Source of the DNA: Synechococcus sp. UW140
GTDB lineage: Bacteria; Cyanobacteriota; Cyanobacteriia; PCC-6307; Cyanobiaceae
Assembly: GCA_943369245.1 (NCBI GenBank)
Contig: CALRMN020000015.1
Coordinates: forward strand, 916 to 64,915
Direction: 5' to 3'
DNA length: 64,000 nucleotides
This document shows, in pieces, positions 1 through 10,233 of this stretch. Every line of letters begins with the position of its first letter. Positions within the stretch are counted from its first letter, which is position 1. The translations under genes and the position numbers were made by a program. The notes under the pieces are model-generated. The model ran no database searches, had not been told where the DNA came from, and worked only from the letters and a program-made list of their open reading frames with translations.

Positions 1-264
1 AGCTGCAACTCCCTAGCGATAGCAAGACTGAGCGCGGAAGACTAGACTAAAATGAGGGAGGTGCGTCGCCTCTTAGCCCTTCACTCTAATGTAGGTTGCC
101 GAAACACCATCCGAGAGGTGGCATGAATCCTCAACAACAAGATGCCAACATGAGGATGCCAGAGCAGCACAGGCAAACCAAGGATCAGAATCAGGCATAC
201 GTCGCAGAAGCTACGCCATCAAGAGCTGACACGTGTTAAGATTAAATAGATATTGGATATTTGA

Positions 265-1134
265 ATGAGCGAAAACATCACAAGGCATGATCCCTTTGAG
301 TTAATCAAAGATCTGATTGGGTCGACATATGATCATGTTGTCTACATTCCTAATCCAGGTAACCTTGGCGATGCCCTAATCGCTGCTGCTACATTGCAAA
401 ACTTTGACTCTCATAGCATAAGCTACAAGATAGGCACAAAGGATATTATCTCCAAGGCCGAGCCTAGGACTCTCTACGTATATGCAGGAGGTGGAAACTA
501 CATTCCAATTTATCATGGCCTAAGAAGCTTTCTGGATTCACTCTCAGAAAGAAAGGAGACTATTGTAGTACTGCCACATTCCTCCTACGGAATGAATGAA
601 CACTTATGCACTTACGATGGGGAACTGCATTTCTTCTGCAGGGAGCTCAGTACATATGAGCGACTGAAAGGAGTCATCAGGAATGGAAGACTATATCATC
701 ACGATGACGTTGCCTTATCGTTCAATATTAAGGCCAAGGAGTTATTGCCCTATCATCGTTATCTTGAACTGGTAGCTCAACTTGAACCGCATGAGGCAAG
801 GCTCAATGCATTCAGGATGGACAAGGAGTCCAGGCTAAGGCAACATGCAAAAAGACTGGAAGCCAATTTCGATGTTTCCACGTACTATGATCCAAAGGCA
901 ATCAGATGGGGCAAACTTGATGAAGCCAGCCTATATGAACAGGTTAGCTGGTTGTTCACTTATCTTCATAGTTTTTCCGAAATACATACCGATCGCCTGC
1001 ACATAGCCATTGCTTCGCTCTTGGCCAACAAGAAAGTCGTTGCCTACGACAACGACTATGGAAAGGTAAGTAGTATTTACGAATACTCACTTAAGCCATT
1101 ATTCCCCGACCAAATCACAATGTCAACACTCTAA
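265..1134 (+). CDS. Polysaccharide pyruvyl transferase family protein
   Basis: N-terminal PNPGNLGDALI motif, YAGGGN, and C-terminal HTDRLHIAIASLL...VAYDNDYGKV, typical of pyruvyltransferases; low-GC codon usage. Confidence 0.85.
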   Translation: MSENITRHDPFELIKDLIGSTYDHVVYIPNPGNLGDALIAAATLQNFDSHSISYKIGTKDIISKAEPRTLYVYAGGGNYIPIYHGLRSFLDSLSERKETIVVLPHSSYGMNEHLCTYDGELHFFCRELSTYERLKGVIRNGRLYHHDDVALSFNIKAKELLPYHRYLELVAQLEPHEARLNAFRMDKESRLRQHAKRLEANFDVSTYYDPKAIRWGKLDEASLYEQVSWLFTYLHSFSEIHTDRLHIAIASLLANKKVVAYDNDYGKVSSIYEYSLKPLFPDQITMSTL

Positions 1135-1261
1135 CCGATGTCTAGTTATAATTGCTAGCAACAAACCACATAACTGTTATATCAGATGACATATTCAACG
1201 CCAGTTATTTACACAAAGGGCTCTCATGCTGTATTCTGTTGGGCATCTATGCAGTCAACAT

Positions 1262-2344
1262 CTACTTAACGAAATTCGTGAACAAAATATCTTGCATACT
1301 CTTAGTGGTGTTCAATACAGATCTATCAGGCTTGCCCCATTTGATCTCCATATTGCGCATTGACCAGCCTAGTCGTGTAGCTTCTGCTGATAGGGGGTCA
1401 AAATGTAGTTCGGCATTGAGATGAAACTGAATGAGTCCATAATCAGCAGGATCAGAGGAAAGCGAAACACTCGGATATGCTTTCTTAGCGGCATCAATGG
1501 CCAGCAACATGTTTTTCTTGGTGATTCGATACTTATAGCCTTTCCAGCCAAGCCATGGCTTCCCTTGATAGACATCAGATCCGGTCATCATATCGACACG
1601 CTTTGTTTGAGGCAGTAGAGGTGCATTGAACATGAAGTCACTGGTATCACGATCAACACGAACTGAACCTTCAATAGGTCGATCGTGTCGATGGAAGAAT
1701 AGCATCACATTAAATGTGAGTTCACCTCCAGACTTTTTATCGCGAAAGAGATAGTTAGCATTGACAAACGTCTTGCTCTTGGGGGAGCTACGATCTTCTG
1801 CGACTGGGACTTGCAAGTCAAATGATGACTGCAGAAACCCTTGAGAAGTCGAATAGATATAAACTGGTTTTGGAAAACGAATTACCGGAGTGATCATCAT
1901 TTTGTTACGATGAGATCCATTGGGTAGATCACTTGATGTAAGATATACGCCCATCACACTGCCCTGTAGTTGAACCATCGAACTACCGCAAGCATTACTG
2001 TAAGCCGACTGATACTTCGAAGCATTCCCTACAACTGACATTCCGGTAAGATGATAGGTTGCACGGCACGTATTTGGAATCATCAAGCCCATACTTTCTG
2101 GTGCAGGATTAGATTGCCATGATAGGATCTGAAAAGATCCTCGTGTTCTGGAATCGCGAACTTTCTTTGCCTGCTCTGAACTTGCTGGCGGTACAAGCAA
2201 ATAGTTTGATATCGGACCGGTTACGTATGGCTGCTTAAATAGCAGGACACTGCGACTGTCAGCAACGCGATAGCCAACCAAGGATAGGCTGACAAGCCCC
2301 AATGCACATACTTGGCCAAGCAACTTGATGCGTAGTTTTGGCAT
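1262..2344 (-). CDS. Hypothetical exported or membrane-anchored protein (360 aa)
   Basis: Long ORF in a low-GC region; basic-then-hydrophobic N-terminus (MPKLRIKLLGQVCALGLVSLSLVG); no family recognised. Confidence 0.65.
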   Translation of the reverse strand: MPKLRIKLLGQVCALGLVSLSLVGYRVADSRSVLLFKQPYVTGPISNYLLVPPASSEQAKKVRDSRTRGSFQILSWQSNPAPESMGLMIPNTCRATYHLTGMSVVGNASKYQSAYSNACGSSMVQLQGSVMGVYLTSSDLPNGSHRNKMMITPVIRFPKPVYIYSTSQGFLQSSFDLQVPVAEDRSSPKSKTFVNANYLFRDKKSGGELTFNVMLFFHRHDRPIEGSVRVDRDTSDFMFNAPLLPQTKRVDMMTGSDVYQGKPWLGWKGYKYRITKKNMLLAIDAAKKAYPSVSLSSDPADYGLIQFHLNAELHFDPLSAEATRLGWSMRNMEIKWGKPDRSVLNTTKSMQDILFTNFVK

Positions 2345-2579
2345 ACAGCTAACGCAGGAAAAACAGCTGAGTTAATGAAGTTTAAGTGCCTTAGGCTATG
2401 AACACCTCTCACATTGGCATTATTGACTCTGGCCATGATAGAGGGGACCAGCCAAGCGTCTGATTATAGGTCCTAGACAATCGACGTGGGTGAAAAGGAA
2501 TGCTGACTCAAGGATATACATCTTTAGATATTAGAACACGAGCCTAGTCAGAAAAGGTTGTGGCGAACAATTTAAACAA

Positions 2580-3326
2580 CTATGATGCTACAAAGTCTGA
2601 ATGGACTCGTGTGCCCTCAAGGCCAAGATGGTGTACCATGGGGGGAGTAATAGCGTAGGTATTCAGTATTCCCATGCTTGGAGGCCGAAGCTTACTGTGA
2701 TGGTCTTTTATTATTCTTTTTAGCTGCGAGTCACTGGAAATTGCATCTAATACACTTTGCGGTACAGAGTATCTCAATAGGCGGCCATCAATGTGACCAT
2801 AATATCCATCCACTGAGATCTGTTTGATCAGCTTACGTGCTCCTTGTTCTGTTACGAGATAACCATCTGTCCCAGAACCCTTTTTATGGCGTGTTTCAAC
2901 GAATTGAAGAATATCCTGTATCGAAATAACACGATATGAGTTTCCTCGCCCAGGGGGGGACATGCGGTTATTCAGATAAAGAAGATCCAAGTCATCTGGA
3001 TACTCTATAGTTTCCAGCGCCTCAAGACAAGATATTGCTATATCATCTTCAATAACAATTCCATATCCTTTCTTAGACGAAACAATTTGCTCCCAAATAT
3101 TCATATGAGACAAGAAGCAACCAACAGCTCCACGTCTTACCTCCCATGCAGTATCATCGAACAACAATCGCATGAGAGTGCGTGGAAGAGCTGATCCTAA
3201 TACTGCTGGAACAACAGTGATATTTAAGTTGGGAATATTTGTTAACTGCAGCATCATGCTTTCAAGCCTGTCCTTATCGCGTTCAAGATTAAGAAGATAG
3301 ACTTGAAGTGGATTGGTGAGTTTCAT
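2580..3326 (-). CDS. Glycosyltransferase family 25
   Basis: YLLNLERDKDR, GCFLSH, VIEDD and GTDGYLV motifs of GT25. Confidence 0.9.
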   Translation of the reverse strand: MKLTNPLQVYLLNLERDKDRLESMMLQLTNIPNLNITVVPAVLGSALPRTLMRLLFDDTAWEVRRGAVGCFLSHMNIWEQIVSSKKGYGIVIEDDIAISCLEALETIEYPDDLDLLYLNNRMSPPGRGNSYRVISIQDILQFVETRHKKGSGTDGYLVTEQGARKLIKQISVDGYYGHIDGRLLRYSVPQSVLDAISSDSQLKRIIKDHHSKLRPPSMGILNTYAITPPMVHHLGLEGTRVHSDFVAS

Positions 3327-3406
3327 TGGATGTAATTAACTTGAGCAAGAAGCTTTGAGACAATGGCTTTAGCTATAATTGAAGCAATAGGCATTGAAAT
3401 CTATTG

Positions 3407-4420
3407 TTAGGATATGTCCGAGGTAACAAGAGCCTCAATTAGTGACAGATAAGTGGACGGCCAGTCAGGCACATAAGAATCATCTAGTTTTGTGGTAACT
3501 GGTGAAGCTGGACTATGAATAGCAATGGCTTGGCTACCTAACAAGAATGTATTTACATAGTCAAGAATAGGCATATTATTCACAATATACGCAGACAGAA
3601 CTTCTTCTGGTATATAATAACTTCTAAGTTCAGGGGCTGAGGATGGTCTTTTAATCAGTTGGTTTCCAAGGACTCTACAGAGACTTCGGCCATTGTCGAG
3701 ACTTAATAGATTTTCCATCGCTTCCTGCTCATTTCTCGTTAACGAACGATTCTGGAGACGTGGAGAATGAACAGGCTTTAATGAAGGATTAAGAATATGA
3801 AAGAATCCATTCAACAGATCATGCTTTTCGTGATCAAAATTTTTGATTACTAAAGATGAGGCACCAAAGCATTCAGTGTATACATGGAGTGTGTTTCCAA
3901 AGGGAATTTTTGCTGAGCCGATATAGTCAAGAAGACTTCTTGGAGGATTTGAACCCGGATAAGCCGAGAAGCCAGTCTTTAGATGCTGTAGATACTCTGA
4001 GATTGAATAGTCAATTGCAGTTCTGACATAGAATATGATTCGGATGGAAAATAAAAGAGATTGAGCTATTGATAGAAGTCTATGAAGACGCTCGGGCCGC
4101 GCAAATTGAAGTGCTTCACTTGAGAATAAGACATCTTGTTGTCTATCAGCCGCTAAACTCAGGGTGATTGAAAGCCACTTCCACGCCTCATCTTCATCAA
4201 ATGTCTGTGGGTATCTAAAGCCTGGGTTAAGCAGCTTGGCTAGCGTGAAAGCAAAGCCACTGGCAACTCTGCCACGATATTCGATCGCAGCTGATTGAGT
4301 AGGATCAAGCGGAGCAGTTACTCCAATATCCAGCAGTGCATGCCGCATAAGTGGAATCGTAGCTTGTATCGATGTAGTCGCGGTTTTCCCTGCGCCAACA
4401 TGGAGAAAAAGCGTAGCCAT
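3407..4420 (-). CDS. Sulfotransferase-fold protein (polysaccharide-locus type)
   Basis: N-terminal LHVGAGKTATTSIQ (5'-PSB-like loop), LFSSEAL, IIFYVR. Confidence 0.7.
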   Translation of the reverse strand: MATLFLHVGAGKTATTSIQATIPLMRHALLDIGVTAPLDPTQSAAIEYRGRVASGFAFTLAKLLNPGFRYPQTFDEDEAWKWLSITLSLAADRQQDVLFSSEALQFARPERLHRLLSIAQSLLFSIRIIFYVRTAIDYSISEYLQHLKTGFSAYPGSNPPRSLLDYIGSAKIPFGNTLHVYTECFGASSLVIKNFDHEKHDLLNGFFHILNPSLKPVHSPRLQNRSLTRNEQEAMENLLSLDNGRSLCRVLGNQLIKRPSSAPELRSYYIPEEVLSAYIVNNMPILDYVNTFLLGSQAIAIHSPASPVTTKLDDSYVPDWPSTYLSLIEALVTSDIS

Positions 4421-4452
4421 AGTTGTTACTTAGTATGCATCAGTACTTCGGG

Positions 4453-5226
4453 TCAAAGGGTGATGTCCCATCGAGAGCAGGTTTCTGAGCAGATCTCCAT
4501 AAAGTGATGGGCTTGCTTTTCTCCAAGATTGATCTGGCTGAGAGGCTTATAGGCAGAATTCTCAATTGACTTGGTGAGCACGTCCTCTCGTGATCGGCTA
4601 GATAGAGCTACTGCATCCGTGATACAGCTCTCAGGAAGCTGCAGAAATTGGAAGAGCTTCGGTACCGCGCTGCCAGGATCAACTCGGAGTTCAAGCTGTG
4701 ACACGACATGAAGATCAGCCCCATAGGGGGAAGCCGCAAGCTTTTCGATACCACTCATCGCACCAACCCATCCCTCCGCTAATTGAACAGGATCAACATT
4801 ACCGGCGTCCCCTTCCCTGCTGCCGAATTTCTGAACAGCAGACTCATAGACTTCAACAGGACTACGCACACAAGCCACAAAACAAGCATTGGGGAAGATC
4901 GACTTCACGACAGCCCAGCCGTTGCAAGCTGTAGGGCCAGGGGTTTTGTCGATGAAACCTTCACCACCATAGGTCTGCAGATAGAACTCACGAAAGAATC
5001 TTATGTTGATGTCCTTGAGTGCATGCAGATCCAGCTCCTTGATGAGCTCTGTACCTGTAAAGTCTTTTCGACTTCTACAGAGATTGATCTGATGAATGAT
5101 GTGCTGCAAGAGTGGAGTGGTATGAGCCTCGCCATGGGATGGATAACCAGTGAATGTCCCAATGAGCTTGCCAACGAATGATGTTCCAGACCGTGGATAA
5201 CCGATGACAAAAATGGGTGCACGCAT
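4453..5226 (-). CDS. Sulfotransferase family protein
   Basis: IFVIGYPRSGTSF PAPS-binding motif, IDKTP, CVRSPVEV; start reassigned to the ATG at 5226 (MRAPIF). Confidence 0.85.
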   Translation of the reverse strand: MRAPIFVIGYPRSGTSFVGKLIGTFTGYPSHGEAHTTPLLQHIIHQINLCRSRKDFTGTELIKELDLHALKDINIRFFREFYLQTYGGEGFIDKTPGPTACNGWAVVKSIFPNACFVACVRSPVEVYESAVQKFGSREGDAGNVDPVQLAEGWVGAMSGIEKLAASPYGADLHVVSQLELRVDPGSAVPKLFQFLQLPESCITDAVALSSRSREDVLTKSIENSAYKPLSQINLGEKQAHHFMEICSETCSRWDITL

Positions 5227-5290
5227 GAATGGAAGAATCGCGAAGGAATGAAAACAAGTGTACTCACTATCTGGTAGGGCTAGTGCTGCA

Positions 5291-5965
5291 TCAAGTGGTA
5301 ATGGCAAAAAGGCTAGATACGGCCTTCAATCGTGTCGGCGTGACATGCTCTAAGGTAAGAAGTCTCTGGATGTCCATCAGAGCCTGCTTAGGAACTGGTA
5401 CTTGCTGCTGAAGCAAGGGAGCGGCCTCAGCCGCGAAACCATCGAAACAGGAAGTCTGAACATTCACTCCGGCCTGGCGGTAGAACTCCTCCAACCTTCT
5501 AAACGCTTCGCTCGGTATCTGCAGAAAAGCAGATGCCGGTGGAAGCAGTTTCGACCGGGTTGATTCCTCAGCCTGAATCCATTCCATGAGAGAGATGGTG
5601 GCCTCCAGGGCTTCTCGGATGCCGTTAACAGCTTCAATCAAATCTCCGGGTCCACCTTCGTCAATATTCTGAAAGCGAATTTGATCAATCTGTCTGGCAA
5701 TGCCATTCGAATCGACCAAAAGAATAACCGTGTCCGCACTCTCCGCAAGCTGCCTCCAGTAAGTTGGAGGATAGCGATATCCGATTACGAAGTGATGCTC
5801 ACTGCTGTCCAGCAGCTTCGTGATCCAGGCGCCGGGGTCTGCCTTATCGAGTTGTTGTGCTGGTGGATCGATGCACTGGTGGTTGTTGAGTTCAGCAAGC
5901 CGTTGCACGAAGCTGAAGAAGATCGAATCGATCCCCAGCGGTGCAGAAATAGTGAGATGGATCAT
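5291..5965 (-). CDS. Hypothetical protein (224 aa)
   Basis: ORF inside the operon; ATGA overlap with the upstream GT4 stop; no family recognised. Confidence 0.65.
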   Translation of the reverse strand: MIHLTISAPLGIDSIFFSFVQRLAELNNHQCIDPPAQQLDKADPGAWITKLLDSSEHHFVIGYRYPPTYWRQLAESADTVILLVDSNGIARQIDQIRFQNIDEGGPGDLIEAVNGIREALEATISLMEWIQAEESTRSKLLPPASAFLQIPSEAFRRLEEFYRQAGVNVQTSCFDGFAAEAAPLLQQQVPVPKQALMDIQRLLTLEHVTPTRLKAVSSLFAITT

Positions 5966-7254
5966 GCCCGCCCTCCAATGGCCAGAGCGCTGAAATAGCT
6001 CTCCAGTGCTCGACGTGGATGAAGGCGCCGGGCGCTTTCGTGCGCCGCCTGTGCCATCTCCAGGTACCGCTCCTCACCCATCTCCAGAATCAGCGCCATT
6101 TTTGCGGCCAAATCGGCTGGATCCCGCGCTACGAAGTTGAAACCGTCCACCCCGTGCTCCACCCGCTCGGCCAGACCGCCGATGAAGGCCGCGATCACCG
6201 GCTTGTAGCAGGCGAACGCCTCGGTAACAACAAGTCCGAACACCTCCGGCCAGGTAGAGGGCACCACCACCACATCCACACCGGCCATGCGGCTGAGCAG
6301 TTCGTCGTGGGTGTAGCCACCCAGCTCAACCACTTCCCCATGTTCCCACTTGTGGCTCTCGCTAATCATTTCTTCCACCTTCTGCTGGTAGTCGCCCGTA
6401 GCGAAGTTCTTGTTGCCGCCATTGATCACAATCTGAAAGGGCCTCAGAGGCTGGCTGCGTTCCAGCAGCTCCCCCGCCTTAAGCAGGACGTGAATACCCT
6501 TGTTGTCCACGAACTGGCCGAAGAAGCCGAAGCGCACCGGCTTCTGGCGTCGGGGTTCCGGTGGCGGCGCGGGGTAGCGCTCCAGATCAATCGGATGGTT
6601 GATCACATGGATCCGCTGCACGTCGACCCCCATCTCCCGCTCCAGCACACCACCGAGATGCCTGGCCGGCACGATGTAGCTGTCGGCCATTTCCAGCAGG
6701 TCCACATTGAGCTTGTGCCGCGCCATGAAGGTGTCTGCAGTGATGTGGGGGAAACACATGGAGCAGAGTTCTGGTTCGGCCTTGCTGCACAGGCCACCAT
6801 TCGTTTTCTTCACCATCTGACCATCGGCCAGACAGGCAAACAGCATCTCATGCAGCCCCACGCTGATGTGCACCTCCGGCAGGGCGAAGCGCAGGAGTCC
6901 AATCATGTCAATGCCGATGTGCATGTAGTGCGACAGGAACACCGAGCGAGGATCCATGTTGCGGATGAACAGGGTGAGATCCTTGATTGCCCGAGAATCC
7001 ACGCAGTTGTGCCAGAAGTAGTCGTACTCGCCAGTAAAGAAATAGTATTCATCCTCGGCACCGGGTACCTTTCGCACATAGGCTGAAGCCTTGGTACGCA
7101 GATTCGTCTGGGGAGAGGTGGCGCCGATGAAGCACACCTGCAGATCTGAATACTTGCGTAGGTTAAGAAACAAGTCGTAGGCACATTGCTGGGCACCGCC
7201 ATGTACCACCTTGGGGTGAAAGAGGCTTAGGATAACCAGATCGTAGGATTTCAC
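5962..7254 (-). CDS. Glycosyltransferase family 4 (GT-B)
   Basis: HGGAQ N-terminal motif, FGFFGQFVDNKGIHVL, VVVPSTWPEVFGLVVTEAFACYKPVIA (EX7E), GGLAERV. Confidence 0.92.
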   Translation of the reverse strand: MKSYDLVILSLFHPKVVHGGAQQCAYDLFLNLRKYSDLQVCFIGATSPQTNLRTKASAYVRKVPGAEDEYYFFTGEYDYFWHNCVDSRAIKDLTLFIRNMDPRSVFLSHYMHIGIDMIGLLRFALPEVHISVGLHEMLFACLADGQMVKKTNGGLCSKAEPELCSMCFPHITADTFMARHKLNVDLLEMADSYIVPARHLGGVLEREMGVDVQRIHVINHPIDLERYPAPPPEPRRQKPVRFGFFGQFVDNKGIHVLLKAGELLERSQPLRPFQIVINGGNKNFATGDYQQKVEEMISESHKWEHGEVVELGGYTHDELLSRMAGVDVVVVPSTWPEVFGLVVTEAFACYKPVIAAFIGGLAERVEHGVDGFNFVARDPADLAAKMALILEMGEERYLEMAQAAHESARRLHPRRALESYFSALAIGGRA

Positions 7255-9260
7255 AGTGAATACTCCACAGGTAAATCCATGCTCTCAAGTAGGTTTCGCC
7301 ATTTCAACGAAAAAAGCAGTCGATTGATGTGACTGGTGGTACCACTCAGGTGGTATGGGGCCACAGATCCCGTGCCTTCGGCGTGATAAAAACGAATGTC
7401 GTTCCACACCTGCACGGGAATCCCCTCCTGCCTTGCCCGCAGGCACAGGTCAAAGTCTTCGAAGTGGGCATACACGATATCTTCGCTGAAGCCGCCCAAA
7501 TGGCGAAACAACGGCCCGCTGATCGCCATCAAAGATCCTGAGCAGGCGATCACATCCGCCCGCGTCTGGTTGCGGCCCACCGAGAAACCGTTGAACAGCT
7601 GTATAGCGCTAGCTTTGGCTGTGGTCAGCCGTGTAGCGGTAAGGCCTTCTTGCATCAAGGTTCCATCGGTGAAGTATTGGTAGGCGCTGTGGATGGAATT
7701 AGGTTCATTAAGGGCTCTCGTGATCAGCAGCTTGTAGTCGACAACAGAATCTGCGAATAGATCATTGTTGTGGAAGAGCAGACATTCTCCAGAGGCATGC
7801 TCGGCCCCGAGGTTGCAGCCAGCCGAGAATCCGAGGTTCAGGGCTCGGTTGAGGATGCCGATGCGCAGGCCCGTCCGGATGTCTGCAAAGCGGTCAAGAA
7901 TGTGGAAGGTTTCCGAAAACAGCTCCGGTGAGTTGTTCACCACGATCAGCTCCAGAGGCAGGCCGGTCTTTGCCAGCTGCAGGATCGCCGGCTTGGCCGC
8001 CAGGAACGAGCCCAGCTGCACGAAGATGACCGAAGCCAGTGGTGGGGCGTCCATGGGGCTGCGCGTGAGCCAGTGGACTTCCACGTCATGCCGCTCTTCA
8101 GCCACATGGCGTGCGAACTGACCCGACACCTCCAGCAACGTCTGGGGCGTGAACAGTCGCAGGGATTCCGTCCAGCGGTTGCCGCTGTCGATCGACACCC
8201 GGAACAGGCCCAGAGTGGCCTCGAAGAATCGGGGCGTGCTGGTTTCCTCCGGCACGTCCGCCAAGCAGAGCTCCACCGAGGTGGTCTTCGACCCCTGCTG
8301 ACCCTCGGGATCCACCATCAGCCGCAGCAGGCCCAGTTGCGACCAACGCCGGAATCCGGATACATCGATCAGGGTGGCAAATCCATGTTTCTGGTGGTCC
8401 GGCAGTCCCAGGGCCTGGCACACATCGGGCCGGTGGTAGAAGGTGGCTGATCCCACGGCATGAGCCCCTGGAGCCTGGGGATCACTCAGCCGGAAGCGCG
8501 AACCGCTGGCGAACGGTTCCCGACACCAGCCGATCAACAGCAGCAGGGAGCCGCAGCGCAGGCTGCGGTCAAGATGCACATCCACCAAACCCCCAGCCAC
8601 CACGGCCTGGGCCGTGATCGCATCGAGGTGGCCCAGAGGAACATCGTGTTCGCTGGTGGTGCGGCTGGCCTCAATGGCGGCCCATGTGAACTCCGGCTGG
8701 ATTCCCCTGGCCTCCCGAAAGCAGAGGTAAGCCTCGTCGGCCTGGCCCAGCGCCTTGTAGATCAGACCTAGCTCAAAGGGAATCCAGGGAATGCTGGCTT
8801 CCTCGCGGAAAGGCTGCAGGATCGGCAGAGCTTGCTCGGGGTTGCCGATCTGTCGGTAGGCATGGGCTCGAATGAAGGCCACCATCGGATCGTCGGCCTG
8901 GCCATTGGCGCTGCCAATCCATTCCTCCACCAAGCTGATAGCGGGCTCGAACTCCCCCTGATCCACCAGGTGCTTGGCGCGCTGGAAAATCCCCTCAGCG
9001 CTGTGGTGGGCGATCGTCGGCTCAGCGAAGACACCTCGCTGCAAGGGTTCCAACTCCCGCGCGGGTTGCTCTCGACGGGCCACCGCGGGCTCGGGCCTCA
9101 ATGCAGGGGCCGCAGCCACGGCCGAGACGGCCACACTCTCCGGTTCATTAGCAGCTCGCACACGCTTGGGTTCGATCAGGTAAGCCAGCCGCTCCCAGCC
9201 CTGGTCATCGTCGGGGCGTTCCAACAGTTGTCGCTGCAGCCTGGTGAGATCCGTTGCCAT
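7251..9260 (-). CDS. TPR-containing glycosyltransferase family 2
   Basis: TPR-like helices (FIRAHAYRQIGNPEQAL, FELGLIYKALGQADEA) followed by GT2 motifs NLGFSAGCNLGA, LLFHNND, GSLMAI, GGFSE..HFEDFDLCLRA. Confidence 0.85.
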   Translation of the reverse strand: MATDLTRLQRQLLERPDDDQGWERLAYLIEPKRVRAANEPESVAVSAVAAAPALRPEPAVARREQPARELEPLQRGVFAEPTIAHHSAEGIFQRAKHLVDQGEFEPAISLVEEWIGSANGQADDPMVAFIRAHAYRQIGNPEQALPILQPFREEASIPWIPFELGLIYKALGQADEAYLCFREARGIQPEFTWAAIEASRTTSEHDVPLGHLDAITAQAVVAGGLVDVHLDRSLRCGSLLLLIGWCREPFASGSRFRLSDPQAPGAHAVGSATFYHRPDVCQALGLPDHQKHGFATLIDVSGFRRWSQLGLLRLMVDPEGQQGSKTTSVELCLADVPEETSTPRFFEATLGLFRVSIDSGNRWTESLRLFTPQTLLEVSGQFARHVAEERHDVEVHWLTRSPMDAPPLASVIFVQLGSFLAAKPAILQLAKTGLPLELIVVNNSPELFSETFHILDRFADIRTGLRIGILNRALNLGFSAGCNLGAEHASGECLLFHNNDLFADSVVDYKLLITRALNEPNSIHSAYQYFTDGTLMQEGLTATRLTTAKASAIQLFNGFSVGRNQTRADVIACSGSLMAISGPLFRHLGGFSEDIVYAHFEDFDLCLRARQEGIPVQVWNDIRFYHAEGTGSVAPYHLSGTTSHINRLLFSLKWRNLLESMDLPVEYSL

Positions 9261-9263
9261 GGC

Positions 9264-10079
9264 TCAGCGCTCCGCTTCCATCACGAAAATCGCCGGGATC
9301 TCGCTGCCCAGCACGCCATGCTTCCAGCTGGCGATGGCATGCATGCAAGCCCGCGTGAATCCCAGCGTCCGGGCTTGGTCAAGGATCGACCAGCCCGGCA
9401 CCTGATACACCATCGATCCCTGCTGGGGCCGGATCGGGTCGCCATGCAGCTCCAGTTCAGCGAGCAGCTCCACCCGGCCGTCGTCCGGATGACGCACCGC
9501 CTTGCGGATCTGCTCGTGCTGGCCGTAGGCGAATGGGAAGGTGCAGATCATCCTGCCGCCAGGCTTCAGCACCCGTGCGATCTCCCCCAATGCGGCATCC
9601 AGAGAATGCACGTGCTCGAAGAGTTCGTTGGTGATCACGAGGTCGAAGGCGGCGTCCGCAAAGCTGAGGGCGCAGAGATCTTCGTGGCGCACACCATCGC
9701 TGAAGCTTTCGGTTGCACCCTCCAGATATTCACTCAGCACCACATCGGGCACCCACTGCTGCAGCCGCCGCGCGAATCCGGTGAGTGCTTCTGCAAGGTA
9801 GACCCTCTCGCCAGCCAGGCCCTGGGGACTGCCGTAGAGCCTCTCCAGCAGCATCAACACGGCACGATGCCGGCTCAGGCAGCCTTCAGCCGTGATCGAT
9901 TCGCGATAGTTCTCAGATCCGATCAGCAACTCCTCAGGGCGGACATGCCGATTGGTGAAGGGTTCGATGATCCCCAGTTGGCGGATCACAGCAATGCAAT
10001 CCGGAATCTGACGGGTGCTGTTCACCAGCGGACCAAGAGAATCCTGAAAGGCACCAAAGGATTGGAATTGCAACTCCAT
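9264..10079 (-). CDS. Class I SAM-dependent methyltransferase (Methyltransf_11-like)
   Basis: EDLCALSFADAAFDLVITNELFEHV and EIARVLKPGGRMICTFP; start uncertain (ATG at 10079 chosen, 10193 possible). Confidence 0.85.
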   Translation of the reverse strand: MELQFQSFGAFQDSLGPLVNSTRQIPDCIAVIRQLGIIEPFTNRHVRPEELLIGSENYRESITAEGCLSRHRAVLMLLERLYGSPQGLAGERVYLAEALTGFARRLQQWVPDVVLSEYLEGATESFSDGVRHEDLCALSFADAAFDLVITNELFEHVHSLDAALGEIARVLKPGGRMICTFPFAYGQHEQIRKAVRHPDDGRVELLAELELHGDPIRPQQGSMVYQVPGWSILDQARTLGFTRACMHAIASWKHGVLGSEIPAIFVMEAER

Positions 10080-10233
10080 GTTGTGGAGTGCCAGGCAGCC
10101 GGCCTTTGGCTTCATCAGCGGCTGGGATGCAGCAATCAAGGTGTTCAGGCGCTGCGGTGGTGCGGATGGTACGCGCCGCATCCCAGACCCCATGGTGCTT
10201 TTGGCGACAGCGTCGTTCTGATGCGCGGACTTG

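Noticed and set aside
123-239. 38-codon ORF upstream of the pyruvyltransferase
   Set aside because: Too short, with no RBS or motif; expected by chance
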